Source: a virus (lineage: Duplodnaviria > Heunggongvirae > Uroviricota > Caudoviricetes). Taken from it: a DNA stretch of 11,025 nt. The position numbers and the translations under genes are program-made. Positions within the stretch are counted from its first letter, which is position 1; every line of letters begins with the position of its first letter. The notes beneath the pieces are model-generated. The model ran no database searches. It was not told where the DNA came from and saw only the letters and a list, made by a program, of their open reading frames with translations. This document shows positions 1-6,234 of this stretch, one piece after another. The DNA is taken from positions 1 to 11,025 of IMG/VR virus record IMGVR_UViG_2541047885_000020; one strand, written 5' to 3'.

Positions 1-339
1 TCACAATATTAATTTCGTTTCATGCCAGCCTTTAGTCACCCAGCATTGCGAGTCACCATTACACGGGCATGAATTCACAGGAACTCTCTCGCCGCACTTA
101 CCGCAACGTTTTCTGCTGATCGATTTTATACGCCCGTGCACGCGCGCATCATCCTGGCGGATCAGTAACGCTATATACTCACCAAATTCGTAAGGCGCAC
201 GCCCGGGGCGACGTGTGGCACAGTTACGCTCCAGCATTTCAATTTCCTGAGCATCAAGCACAATCTCCAGCTTACGCACACCAGATGCAGCTTGTCTGGC
301 TATCTGAGCGGCTTTGCGCTCTGCTGCTGCCTTGGTCAT
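1..339 (-). CDS. Hypothetical prophage protein with a C-terminal Cys-rich motif (C-x2-C-x9-C-x-C-x5-C), possibly zinc-binding
   Basis: Complete ORF, stop at 1..3 (TGA on - strand). The track starts it at GTG 351, but ATG 339 lies 8 nt after a GGTGG Shine-Dalgarno, so 339 is the likelier start. Last gene of the leftward accessory cluster. No family recognised. Confidence 0.5.
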   Translation of the reverse strand: MTKAAAERKAAQIARQAASGVRKLEIVLDAQEIEMLERNCATRRPGRAPYEFGEYIALLIRQDDARVHGRIKSISRKRCGKCGERVPVNSCPCNGDSQCWVTKGWHETKLIL

Positions 340-424
340 TACCATATCCACCCAATTTCACCAGACATGATTCTCGCAATCACTATCATCACCAAAGTGA
401 TAATCACAACTTTAACTGGCGGCA

Positions 425-1312
425 TTATTCACCATCATGCTGCGGCGGTTCTGGTAGCGGCATCCAGTGTGATGGTATCCACGACGCACCAGGTATTACC
501 CACCCATCATTAGCGTCAGGATGCCCCGGGATGTAAGTCGCCCATTTCATTCGCCAGTCACCTTTCCTGTCAAACTCCCTGGCAACAAGAACGGCTGTTT
601 TGGTATCCGGCATTCGCTCACTACAGCTTATCCAACCATCCGGAGTTACCGGAACTTGTGGAATGGCTGTCTGCTCTCGAACGTCATTAGGCGCTATAGG
701 TTCTGCTGCCAACTGACTGGCATATTTGTTAATGGTAACGATAAGCTCTTGCTCAGCCTCATCCAGACAATCACCGATACCTCGCCTGTCACCGTCAAAA
801 TCATCGAAATCGGCACGAATCCTGGCAACCTTCAGGATTGCGGACAACACCTCACTAGGAATTGCCGGATAGTTGGTTGACGTTTCCGCGATTTCCCGAA
901 AATTATTGGTTGACGAATTCTTGTTTTCCCGAAAGTTTCCGGACTGAAGCATGGCGGCGCGGCAGGCGTTCCAGGCAAATAGTGCGGCTTCTTCCACTGA
1001 AGGCGGAGAGTATCGCTCGATAAACGCCTGTGCATTTGACAGCCTCCACTCATGAGGCAATACCGGCGCTGGCGGGGCGATGCGTCCAAGCAACTTATTT
1101 ACCTCTTTCGCCATCGCGTCATATTTATCTAAATAGCGATTAGCTTCTAAGCAGACTCGGTGCATCTGATCTGAGTTAACTCGTTTAACGGGATCTGCTT
1201 CCAGCGATGCCAGAGCAATTCGTGCCAGTTCCATTTGTTCGCCACGGGTAAGTCCGTTATCAAGCGGATTTTTAATGAATAATTCGATACGTTCTTTGGT
1301 AATAGTGGTCAT
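425..1312 (-). CDS. DUF551-domain prophage protein (C-terminal DUF551-like signature, N-terminal ~200 aa of unknown function)
   Basis: 295-aa ORF; ATG at 1312 preceded by AGGTG with 8-nt spacing. The C-terminus (...WVIPGASWIPSHWMPLPEPP) matches the conserved end of DUF551 proteins common in lambdoid prophages. Adjacent to the stop of the upstream 63-aa gene. Confidence 0.65.
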   Translation of the reverse strand: MTTITKERIELFIKNPLDNGLTRGEQMELARIALASLEADPVKRVNSDQMHRVCLEANRYLDKYDAMAKEVNKLLGRIAPPAPVLPHEWRLSNAQAFIERYSPPSVEEAALFAWNACRAAMLQSGNFRENKNSSTNNFREIAETSTNYPAIPSEVLSAILKVARIRADFDDFDGDRRGIGDCLDEAEQELIVTINKYASQLAAEPIAPNDVREQTAIPQVPVTPDGWISCSERMPDTKTAVLVAREFDRKGDWRMKWATYIPGHPDANDGWVIPGASWIPSHWMPLPEPPQHDGE

Positions 1313-1314
1313 AG

Positions 1315-1506
1315 CTATTTCACCTTAATCTCAACATTTCGCAGCTTTAGCTCTACTGGCAGGTCTGACTTTCCTGTTAATGCTAATGCGAGATTTTCTG
1401 GAGTAATGAGAGCAGTTATTGTTTTCCCCCTCGCCAGACGAATAATCATTCGTATCTCGCGATCGTCACATGCTCCCGGTCGAACAATTGATATTTGTCC
1501 GTCCAT
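1315..1506 (-). CDS. Small hypothetical prophage protein (63 aa)
   Basis: ATG at 1506 preceded by AGGAG with 6-nt spacing; tightly packed between neighbouring genes in the same operon. No recognisable motif. Confidence 0.5.
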   Translation of the reverse strand: MDGQISIVRPGACDDREIRMIIRLARGKTITALITPENLALALTGKSDLPVELKLRNVEIKVK

Positions 1507-1507
1507 C

Positions 1508-2032
1508 TCACTCTCCTTTGATGCGAATGCCAGCGACGCGTAATGCGTGTTCTAGGTCAATCAGGTAAAGCCAACTGCCATTTTCTTTAGGTATCATGAC
1601 ATGTCGCTCATCTGCATTTATCGGGTGTCCATATCGAAGGTCGTAGCGAGTCGGTAATTGAACTTCCCGCGCTTCCAGTTCAGCAATACGCTTCTCTGCG
1701 GCCTCTGCCCTGCATTGTTCCCGTTGGAACATTTTGTGGGTGCGGTCGAGCGCCTCAAGTCTAGCTGCTGATGTTTTCTCTTCTGCTTCAAGCTCAACGC
1801 GCAGCTTCCCTACCGTTAGCGCAATATCCTCGTTCTCCTGGTCGCGGCTTTTGATGTATTGCAGGTTTCTTTCCCGTTCATCCAACAATGCCAGCGCGAT
1901 ATCTGGCGAAAAGTGCTTCATAAAATCGTTAAGCGCATTAATTCGCTGATCGAAAGGCATTACAGGTGCTTCACCAGCAATTTTTGTTTTTTCAGCGATT
2001 TCACGAAGCTTTTGATAGTCAATCTTGCTCAC
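1508..2032 (-). CDS. Ead/Ea22-like coiled-coil prophage protein (putative)
   Basis: 174-aa ORF starting at GTG 2032 with a perfect AGGAGG 6 nt upstream; GTGA start/stop overlap with the upstream gene. Charged, heptad-like central region (RVELEAEEKTSAARLEALDRT...AEAAEKRIAELEAR). Family assignment is from memory of Ea22-like N-termini and needs profile confirmation. Confidence 0.5.
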   Translation of the reverse strand: MSKIDYQKLREIAEKTKIAGEAPVMPFDQRINALNDFMKHFSPDIALALLDERERNLQYIKSRDQENEDIALTVGKLRVELEAEEKTSAARLEALDRTHKMFQREQCRAEAAEKRIAELEAREVQLPTRYDLRYGHPINADERHVMIPKENGSWLYLIDLEHALRVAGIRIKGE

Positions 2033-2466
2033 TGGCTGCCTCCTTTGCGAAGCTGGGCGGCTAACTCATCACATATGTGCGTCAAAGAACAAAGTTTGAT
2101 TGATGGATGTTCGCGCATCATCTCTACCCCCTGCGCCCGCACTTCAGACAGGAAAGCATCGGTGGCTGGCATATTTCCTGTTGCCTTCATTGCCTCCAAA
2201 ATAACCAGAACGCCATCTCGCCCAATCTCCTCGCAGATAACCTCGGTGCTGTCGCCAACAACATCGCAAAATGCCTGAACTGCTTTACGAGCCAGCGCAT
2301 TCTCCGCAGCCAGCGCATTAGCACGCACCAGTTGCACTTCCAGTTGCGTTGCCAAATAGCTGATCAGCTTTGCCACACTGCGCATATCAACGGCACCACA
2401 TTCTGCTTTCAGTTCCGAAGCCATCTCATGCCCGGCGGCAACTAACCATTTGATATTACTTTCCAT
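2029..2466 (-). CDS. Hypothetical prophage protein (145 aa)
   Basis: ATG at 2466 preceded by GAGGG with 5-nt spacing; stop overlaps the start of the next gene. No family recognised. Confidence 0.55.
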   Translation of the reverse strand: MESNIKWLVAAGHEMASELKAECGAVDMRSVAKLISYLATQLEVQLVRANALAAENALARKAVQAFCDVVGDSTEVICEEIGRDGVLVILEAMKATGNMPATDAFLSEVRAQGVEMMREHPSIKLCSLTHICDELAAQLRKGGSQ

Positions 2467-2527
2467 CTTTACCCTCGCTTATCCACATAACTTATTGATT
2501 ACATTGATAACTAAAAAGATCGTCGAT

Positions 2528-2875
2528 TCAGAACTCTTCGATGTTCCAGCCACCACCTGCTTTCTTTGGCTTAACCGTTACCCCGATGATTCGGAACGGA
2601 TACTGATCTGCGGCGACTTTGGTTTTCACTCTGGCGTCATCGGTCCAGAATCCCCCTTTCACTTCGTGCAGCTCCATCTCGCCGGTGGCGAGCATCACAG
2701 CGAAATCGGGCGTATAGAACGTGTTATTAGCTAACCGCAGCTTGATACCCTCGAATCGATACCAGGCGATTTCCCCTGCACGTTTACGCAGCTCAAGGTG
2801 CTGGCAATACGCAGATTCAGTTTTGTTCATCTGGCCTGTTTTGAGTCGACCAAGAGCCTGTATCTGTTTTCTCAT
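2528..2875 (-). CDS. DUF1064-like small protein, putative PD-(D/E)xK-type nuclease
   Basis: 115-aa ORF; ATG at 2875 preceded by GAGGT with 5-nt spacing. Motifs (NKTESAYCQHLEL...AGEI...TPDFAV...ELHEVKG) resemble the D...E-x-K pattern of DUF1064 proteins found after replication genes in lambdoid phages. First gene after the third operator/promoter module. Confidence 0.5.
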   Translation of the reverse strand: MRKQIQALGRLKTGQMNKTESAYCQHLELRKRAGEIAWYRFEGIKLRLANNTFYTPDFAVMLATGEMELHEVKGGFWTDDARVKTKVAADQYPFRIIGVTVKPKKAGGGWNIEEF

Positions 2876-2878
2876 GAT

Positions 2879-2955
2879 TTACCTCTGAGGTAATTAAAAA
2901 CCACATAAGACATGAAATCAATAGAGCTTATAATATTTTGTTACCTAACGGGTAA
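2879..2955 (-). promoter_or_regulatory. Third operator/promoter module: two perfect TTACC-N5-GGTAA palindromes flanking a leftward promoter
   Basis: Palindromes at 2879..2893 (TTACCtctgaGGTAA) and 2941..2955 (TTACCtaacgGGTAA), centres 62 bp apart, the same spacing as in the PL module. On the - strand the 47-nt spacer aligns with the PL spacer (shared CTATTGA; -35 TTGATT = plus 2916..2921; -10-like TTTAAT = plus 2893..2898). Boundaries are approximate. Confidence 0.45.
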
Positions 2956-2967
2956 TTATCGAGGCGT

Positions 2968-2987
2968 AAAAAAATGCGCTATCGCGC
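2968..2987 (-). terminator. Weak intrinsic terminator after the P-like gene
   Basis: On the - strand: GCGC-GATA-GCGC hairpin (4-bp stem) followed by A and seven U residues, immediately after the P-like stop codon (2993..2995). The short stem makes this tentative. Confidence 0.3.
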
Positions 2988-2992
2988 TGGTA

Positions 2993-3793
2993 TTACTTGA
3001 TAAATCCTGCCGCCTTTCCCCGCCTGTATTCCTCCATCAGCCACTGCGCCGGTGTTATTCCCCCAAGGGTGGCGGCGTTAGGCATGCACCCGAAACTTCG
3101 CCCTGGTGGATGGTAAACGTCTCTCCCTGTGTCCGGAGGTGTACTCATGGGCTCTGGCTTTGCCTGTATGCTGATCACCGGATCGGGTATCTGCTGTCCG
3201 GAAGCCACCTTTTTCGCCCAATCATCGAGCAACCTGCGCGCGTGTTTCTCAACCTCAATCTCGCTAAGCTGGCGCTGATACATTGCACGACGGGTATCAC
3301 ATACGACCCAGTACATAACCGGATGCCGCCACGGGAATCTTTCGGGACCACCAGGATATAAACTTTTTTCCTTGCTGTACCGGTGAAACTCCGCCATCAC
3401 ATCGTCAATGGTGACGCCAAGAACCATCTTGCTGTCTTTGCACCACTTGATGAATTGCCCTGGCGACGGCCAGAACGGAGATTCACTGGCGCGGGCGTGG
3501 CGCATACCAGCAGAAACCTGTTCACGGGTACGTATTCCCCCTTCGGCAAACGCAGCAATCCACTGCTGTTTTGCAGCAACTTCCTGCTCTGGCGTCTTCA
3601 GGTTGGTTACCACTGCCGCCGGAAACAGTTGTTTCAGCTGTTTGAAAAGTGCATCAACAAGCCTCTCTGCTGACATGTTCACCACATTGTCATTGTTGAC
3701 GTACTGATGCTCATAACCTGACATGCGAGAAAGGGCTTCTCCGTCACGGTTTTGTATCGCGGTAAAAACGTTGTTCACAAGAAATCCTCCCAC
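2993..3793 (-). CDS. Lambda P-like replication protein (DnaB helicase loader)
   Basis: 266-aa ORF. By recollection of the lambda P sequence it shares FPA..., Q.W..AF.E.GI.T.EQV.AGMR.AR, PF.PSPGQF..WC and LYP....PW motifs in the same order. GTG start at 3793 overlaps the O-like gene end (3775) by 19 bp. Confidence 0.8.
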   Translation of the reverse strand: MGGFLVNNVFTAIQNRDGEALSRMSGYEHQYVNNDNVVNMSAERLVDALFKQLKQLFPAAVVTNLKTPEQEVAAKQQWIAAFAEGGIRTREQVSAGMRHARASESPFWPSPGQFIKWCKDSKMVLGVTIDDVMAEFHRYSKEKSLYPGGPERFPWRHPVMYWVVCDTRRAMYQRQLSEIEVEKHARRLLDDWAKKVASGQQIPDPVISIQAKPEPMSTPPDTGRDVYHPPGRSFGCMPNAATLGGITPAQWLMEEYRRGKAAGFIK

Positions 3794-4590
3794 GCTTCAG
3801 GGCTGTTCCAGTGCGGAACGTTGTTATCAGGTAATGTTGATTGCTTCTGTCTGCTAATCTGCAGCCGCCTTGCCAGCTTCTGCTCCCACTGTGCCTGATG
3901 GTATGCCTTACCCTCAGCCATCCAGTAAATTCTGAACTCTGCAAGTTCCTGTGCCGTTGGCAGACTGTCCAGGTAGATTCCCTGCAATGAGCTTTTCCGA
4001 AGAAAGTCATCTGATGGCTGCCATTGTTCATGCATGACAAATTTGCCTAATTGCCCTGGCCCACCAGGAGGAACAAAGTTATTCATCACGGCGTTGTTTG
4101 CGCCGGGGTCATGAGGCACAGAATCCCCGGTTTTTGTCCTGCTCTCCCTCTCTTGGTTAAATGACTGGTTATATGACTGGTTCTGGATCCCGTTTTTGGG
4201 ATCATTCAACATCCCGTTTTTGGGATCATTCAACATCCCGTTTTTGGGTATATTCCCGTTTTCGGGAACATTACCGTTTTCGGGTTCATTACACCCTTCT
4301 AGGTTGCCTTTAATGTTCCCGTTTTTGGTTATATTAAGAGAGAAAACCCGCACTCTTTTTGTCGCTCCCTTTCTCTCTCCGGTATCTGAAATAAGCCCCA
4401 TTTTCATGAGCGATATAAGCCCGGCCTGCACGGTTTTTTTATTCAGGCAAGTGTCTTTAACGAGGCGTTCTATGCTGGGGTAGCAGAGGTTATATTCATC
4501 GGCTCTGTCAGCCATCGAGAGCAGTATGAGCTTTAATGATGAGCTACCTGGATCTGTCTCCCAGGCCCAATCTGTTGCATGTCTGCTCAT
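3775..4590 (-). CDS. Lambda O-like replication initiator with an iteron-encoded repetitive linker
   Basis: 271-aa ORF; ATG at 4590 preceded by GGAG with 7-nt spacing. N-terminal HTH replisome-organizer-like region (LKLILLSMADRADEYNLCYPSIERLVKDTCLNKKTVQAGLISLMKMGLI); central low-complexity repeats (PENGNVPENGNIPKNGMLNDPKNGMLNDPKNG) encoded by the iteron array; position immediately upstream of the P-like gene. Confidence 0.75.
   Translation of the reverse strand: MSRHATDWAWETDPGSSSLKLILLSMADRADEYNLCYPSIERLVKDTCLNKKTVQAGLISLMKMGLISDTGERKGATKRVRVFSLNITKNGNIKGNLEGCNEPENGNVPENGNIPKNGMLNDPKNGMLNDPKNGIQNQSYNQSFNQERESRTKTGDSVPHDPGANNAVMNNFVPPGGPGQLGKFVMHEQWQPSDDFLRKSSLQGIYLDSLPTAQELAEFRIYWMAEGKAYHQAQWEQKLARRLQISRQKQSTLPDNNVPHWNSPEAWEDFL
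4187..4340. repeat. Iteron array, probable phage origin of replication inside the O-like gene
   Basis: Exact 24-bp tandem repeat ATCCCGTTTTTGGGATCATTCAAC at 4187..4210 and 4211..4234 (internal palindrome ATCCC/GGGAT), then degenerate copies (CCCGTTTTTGGGTAT, CCGTTTTCGGGAACATTAC, CGTTTTCGGGTTCATTAC, CCCGTTTTTGGTTAT) and an A/T-rich stretch to about 4340. Same layout as ori-lambda. Confidence 0.7.
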
Positions 4591-4605
4591 GATTAATCTC
4601 CGCTA

Positions 4606-4806
4606 TCAGCTTGAGTGTTGTGGGGAGGAATTAATCATGATCTGCTTAATCTCTGCCCTGATGCGACGGTTTGATTCCATGGTGCACTCAACACAGTGTC
4701 CGTTGTAAACCCAGCGTTCACTGTCATGTCCATGCTTACATGGTTTTCCGGTGTAGTAGCGTTTAAGTCCGCGCTTTGCGGCATCAATACGTGTAATGAT
4801 TTCCAT
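4606..4806 (-). CDS. Small Cys/His-rich (zinc-ribbon-like) protein at the cII position, putative regulator
   Basis: ATG at 4806 preceded by AGGG with 6-nt spacing; the longer track ORF starts at TTG 4869 with no ribosome-binding site, so the 66-aa form is preferred. Motif PCKHGH-x10-HCVEC could bind a metal. Function not recognised; not similar to lambda CII as I recall it. Confidence 0.5.
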   Translation of the reverse strand: MEIITRIDAAKRGLKRYYTGKPCKHGHDSERWVYNGHCVECTMESNRRIRAEIKQIMINSSPQHSS

Positions 4807-4904
4807 GGTAAGCCCTGTTATTAGTATTGGGATTACGGTCATTTTGTGCTGACACAAAAAAAAGATCAACCAGATTTGGTTATTTATTACCTTTGAGGTA
4901 CGAA

Positions 4905-4935
4905 TAGATATGAAAAGACCGCCGGGTGGCGGTCT
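4905..4935 (-). terminator. tR1-like intrinsic terminator between the cro-like and cII-position genes
   Basis: On the - strand: perfect 8-bp stem AGACCGCC/GGCGGUCU with ACCC loop (plus 4916..4935), followed by UUUCAUAUCUAUU. It lies about 20 nt after the cro-like stop and about 100 nt before the next start. Confidence 0.4.
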
Positions 4936-4956
4936 ACAGAGGGTTGTAGCTGGATA

Positions 4957-5187
4957 TCATGAGTAGAAGAAGTATGCCAGTTCTGCTTTTGAGCGCAGCC
5001 ATTGTCTTGTTTTACAGGCTTTAAAAAGCCCATTCATCAATACTTTACCTGGCATTTTGCGCTTACCTGTTAAGTGAGTCTGGATATAGTGACTCGTCGT
5101 TCCGGCTTCCTGTGCGAAGGCTTCACGCTCATCCGGAGTAAGTGCAAGCCAGTGCTTTTTGAAATCGAAATGTCCGTTATCGCTCAT
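4957..5187 (-). CDS. Cro-like small HTH regulator (putative)
   Basis: 76-aa ORF divergent from the repressor gene across a 154-bp operator region; ATG at 5187 with AGG 8 nt upstream. HTH-like segment (DEREAFAQEAGTTSHYIQTHLTG). The call rests mainly on position and size. Confidence 0.5.
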   Translation of the reverse strand: MSDNGHFDFKKHWLALTPDEREAFAQEAGTTSHYIQTHLTGKRKMPGKVLMNGLFKACKTRQWLRSKAELAYFFYS

Positions 5188-5212
5188 AGCTATTGCCTGA
5201 TATTTATTTCAG

Positions 5213-5286
5213 ATAATAAATATTCACCCATAAGGTAACAAAAATCAAGGATAGTTACCTATGAGGTGCATTTACCTGTTGGGTAA
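5213..5286. promoter_or_regulatory. OR-like divergent operator/promoter region with three operator sites
   Basis: Operator-like sites at 5224..5238 (TCACCcataaGGTAA, 9/10), 5255..5269 (TTACCtatgaGGTGC, 8/10) and 5272..5286 (TTACCtgttgGGTAA, perfect). Leftward PR-like promoter on the - strand: -35 TTGTTA (plus 5236..5241), 17-nt spacer, -10 TATTAT (plus 5213..5218). The rightward repressor promoter was not confidently located. Confidence 0.5.
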
Positions 5287-5341
5287 TATTGCTTTAAATT
5301 GAATCATCTACTGATTCATATATGAGGCGATTTTCCAGAAA

Positions 5342-5926
5342 ATGAAAAGTATCCAGGACGTCCGCAGGCAAAATCTCAACGACTTGATCGACCGTGAATT
5401 CAATGGTGTTCAGACGCGGATGGCAGAAAAACTTGGAACTCAGGCAAATCTGGTAAACCGCTGGGCTCTTGGCAAGAAGGTTATCGGCGACCAGGTTGCG
5501 CGAAAAATTGAAGCTGCCGCCAATAAACCCCGTAACTGGCTTGATATCGATCGCTCGCTTTCTCAGGAAGGTTTTCAGCCTGTCGGCCCAAGCGACATTG
5601 GTCAGCTGGCGGCTCACAACCTGGAACGCTGGATGAGCGAAAGCCGCGACCTTTCAACGCAGGGAAAACTTCACCGCGCATCCGGCGTCGCCCAGGTGAC
5701 AATCAGTCGCCTGTTAAACAATGAGGTCAGCGTTTCCATTTCCACCCTGGAGAATGTTGCATCCGCATTCGGGCGTCACGGCTATGAATTACTGATTCAC
5801 CCGCACGACCCTGCGACCATCAACTATGACCGCTCGCGCTACGCATTGTTACCCGAAACCGAGAAAGCAAAGATCGAAAGTTACATTGAATTTGTCATCA
5901 ACCAGAACGAAAAAAACAAACAATAA
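5342..5926 (+). CDS. Prophage immunity repressor, XRE-type with two HTH-like segments and no LexA/S24-type autocleavage motif
   Basis: 194-aa ORF between the OR-like and OL-like operator clusters, followed by an intrinsic terminator. HTH-like segments near residues 24-45 (VQTRMAEKLGTQANLVNRWALGK) and 110-135 (LHRASGVAQVTISRLLNNEVSVSISTLENVA). No Ala-Gly/Cys-Gly cleavage site and no GDSM/Ser-Lys dyad visible. Confidence 0.6.
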   Translation: MKSIQDVRRQNLNDLIDREFNGVQTRMAEKLGTQANLVNRWALGKKVIGDQVARKIEAAANKPRNWLDIDRSLSQEGFQPVGPSDIGQLAAHNLERWMSESRDLSTQGKLHRASGVAQVTISRLLNNEVSVSISTLENVASAFGRHGYELLIHPHDPATINYDRSRYALLPETEKAKIESYIEFVINQNEKNKQ

Positions 5927-5946
5927 AATCATACTTTTCAGTAAGT

Positions 5947-5970
5947 AAGCCGCCTTCTGGCGGCTTTTTT
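5947..5970 (+). terminator. Rho-independent terminator downstream of the repressor gene
   Basis: AAGCCGCC-TTCT-GGCGGCTT hairpin (8-bp stem) followed by TTTTTT, 21 nt after the repressor stop codon; no U-tract in the opposite orientation. Confidence 0.7.
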
Positions 5971-5983
5971 ATTGCCTATACTA

Positions 5984-6060
5984 TTACCTGATGGGTAATT
6001 TTTTTAACTCATATCTATTGACATCAAACCAAATACGCATAATTATTACCTCAACGGTAA
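5984..6060 (+). promoter_or_regulatory. PL-like early-left promoter flanked by two perfect operator palindromes
   Basis: Operators at 5984..5998 (TTACCtgatgGGTAA) and 6046..6060 (TTACCtcaacGGTAA), centres 62 bp apart. Consensus -35 TTGACA at 6018..6023; -10 candidates CATAAT (6038..6043) or AATTAT (6041..6046) abut or overlap the downstream operator. The first downstream start codon is at 6080 with GAGG at 6067..6070. Confidence 0.6.
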
Positions 6061-6079
6061 CAGACCGAGGTAACAAGTT

Positions 6080-6232
6080 ATGCAGTGGAAAATCATCAAC
6101 GGTTGGTACTGCGTTACTGCATGCGGATTCATGAGCTGGAAGTTCCGCACCTTACAGGAAGGCATTAAGTGGGCTTTCGTCAGCAAAGAAGCTCGCGATG
6201 TGGCCAACGATAACGAGATATGGGAGGGCTGA
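6080..6232 (+). CDS. Small Trp-rich hypothetical protein (50 aa), first ORF of the early-left operon
   Basis: Absent from the ORF track (below its length cutoff); hand-translated as MQWKIINGWYCVTACGFMSWKFRTLQEGIKWAFVSKEARDVANDNEIWEG. ATG 6080 is 9 nt after GAGG; TGA at 6230..6232. Not arginine-rich, so not an N-like antiterminator. Confidence 0.4.
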   Translation: MQWKIINGWYCVTACGFMSWKFRTLQEGIKWAFVSKEARDVANDNEIWEG

Positions 6233-6234
6233 TA

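Noticed and set aside
213-1089. ORFs on the opposite strand or in other frames within the 1..339 and DUF551 genes (213..536 +, 292..513 +, 521..880 +, 832..1089 -)
   Set aside because: They overlap better-supported genes with ribosome-binding sites and have low-complexity, proline- or histidine-rich translations typical of shadow frames.
2479-2487. Perfect DnaA-box 9-mer TTATCCACA upstream of the 145-aa gene
   Set aside because: A single 9-mer is expected by chance roughly 0.08 times in this window on both strands, there is no cluster of boxes or adjacent AT-rich unwinding element, and the iterons in the O-like gene are a far better origin candidate.
4187-4340. Direct repeats that could be mistaken for a CRISPR array
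   Set aside because: Only two exact copies, no regularly sized unique spacers, an internal palindrome typical of iterons, and location inside a replication initiator gene.
4196-4483. Plus-strand ORF of 95 aa with repeated FNIPFLGS peptides
   Set aside because: It is the antisense reading of the iteron array inside the O-like gene; its repetitiveness comes from the DNA repeats, not from selection on a protein.
5294-5702. Minus-strand ORFs (5294..5617, 5481..5702) inside the repressor gene
   Set aside because: They are antisense to the repressor coding sequence, which has strong positional support, and lack start-site signals.
6080-6232. The small first ORF of the early-left operon as an N-type antiterminator
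   Set aside because: N proteins carry an arginine-rich RNA-binding motif near the N-terminus; this peptide is Trp/Cys-rich with few arginines. It is kept as an unknown small protein instead.
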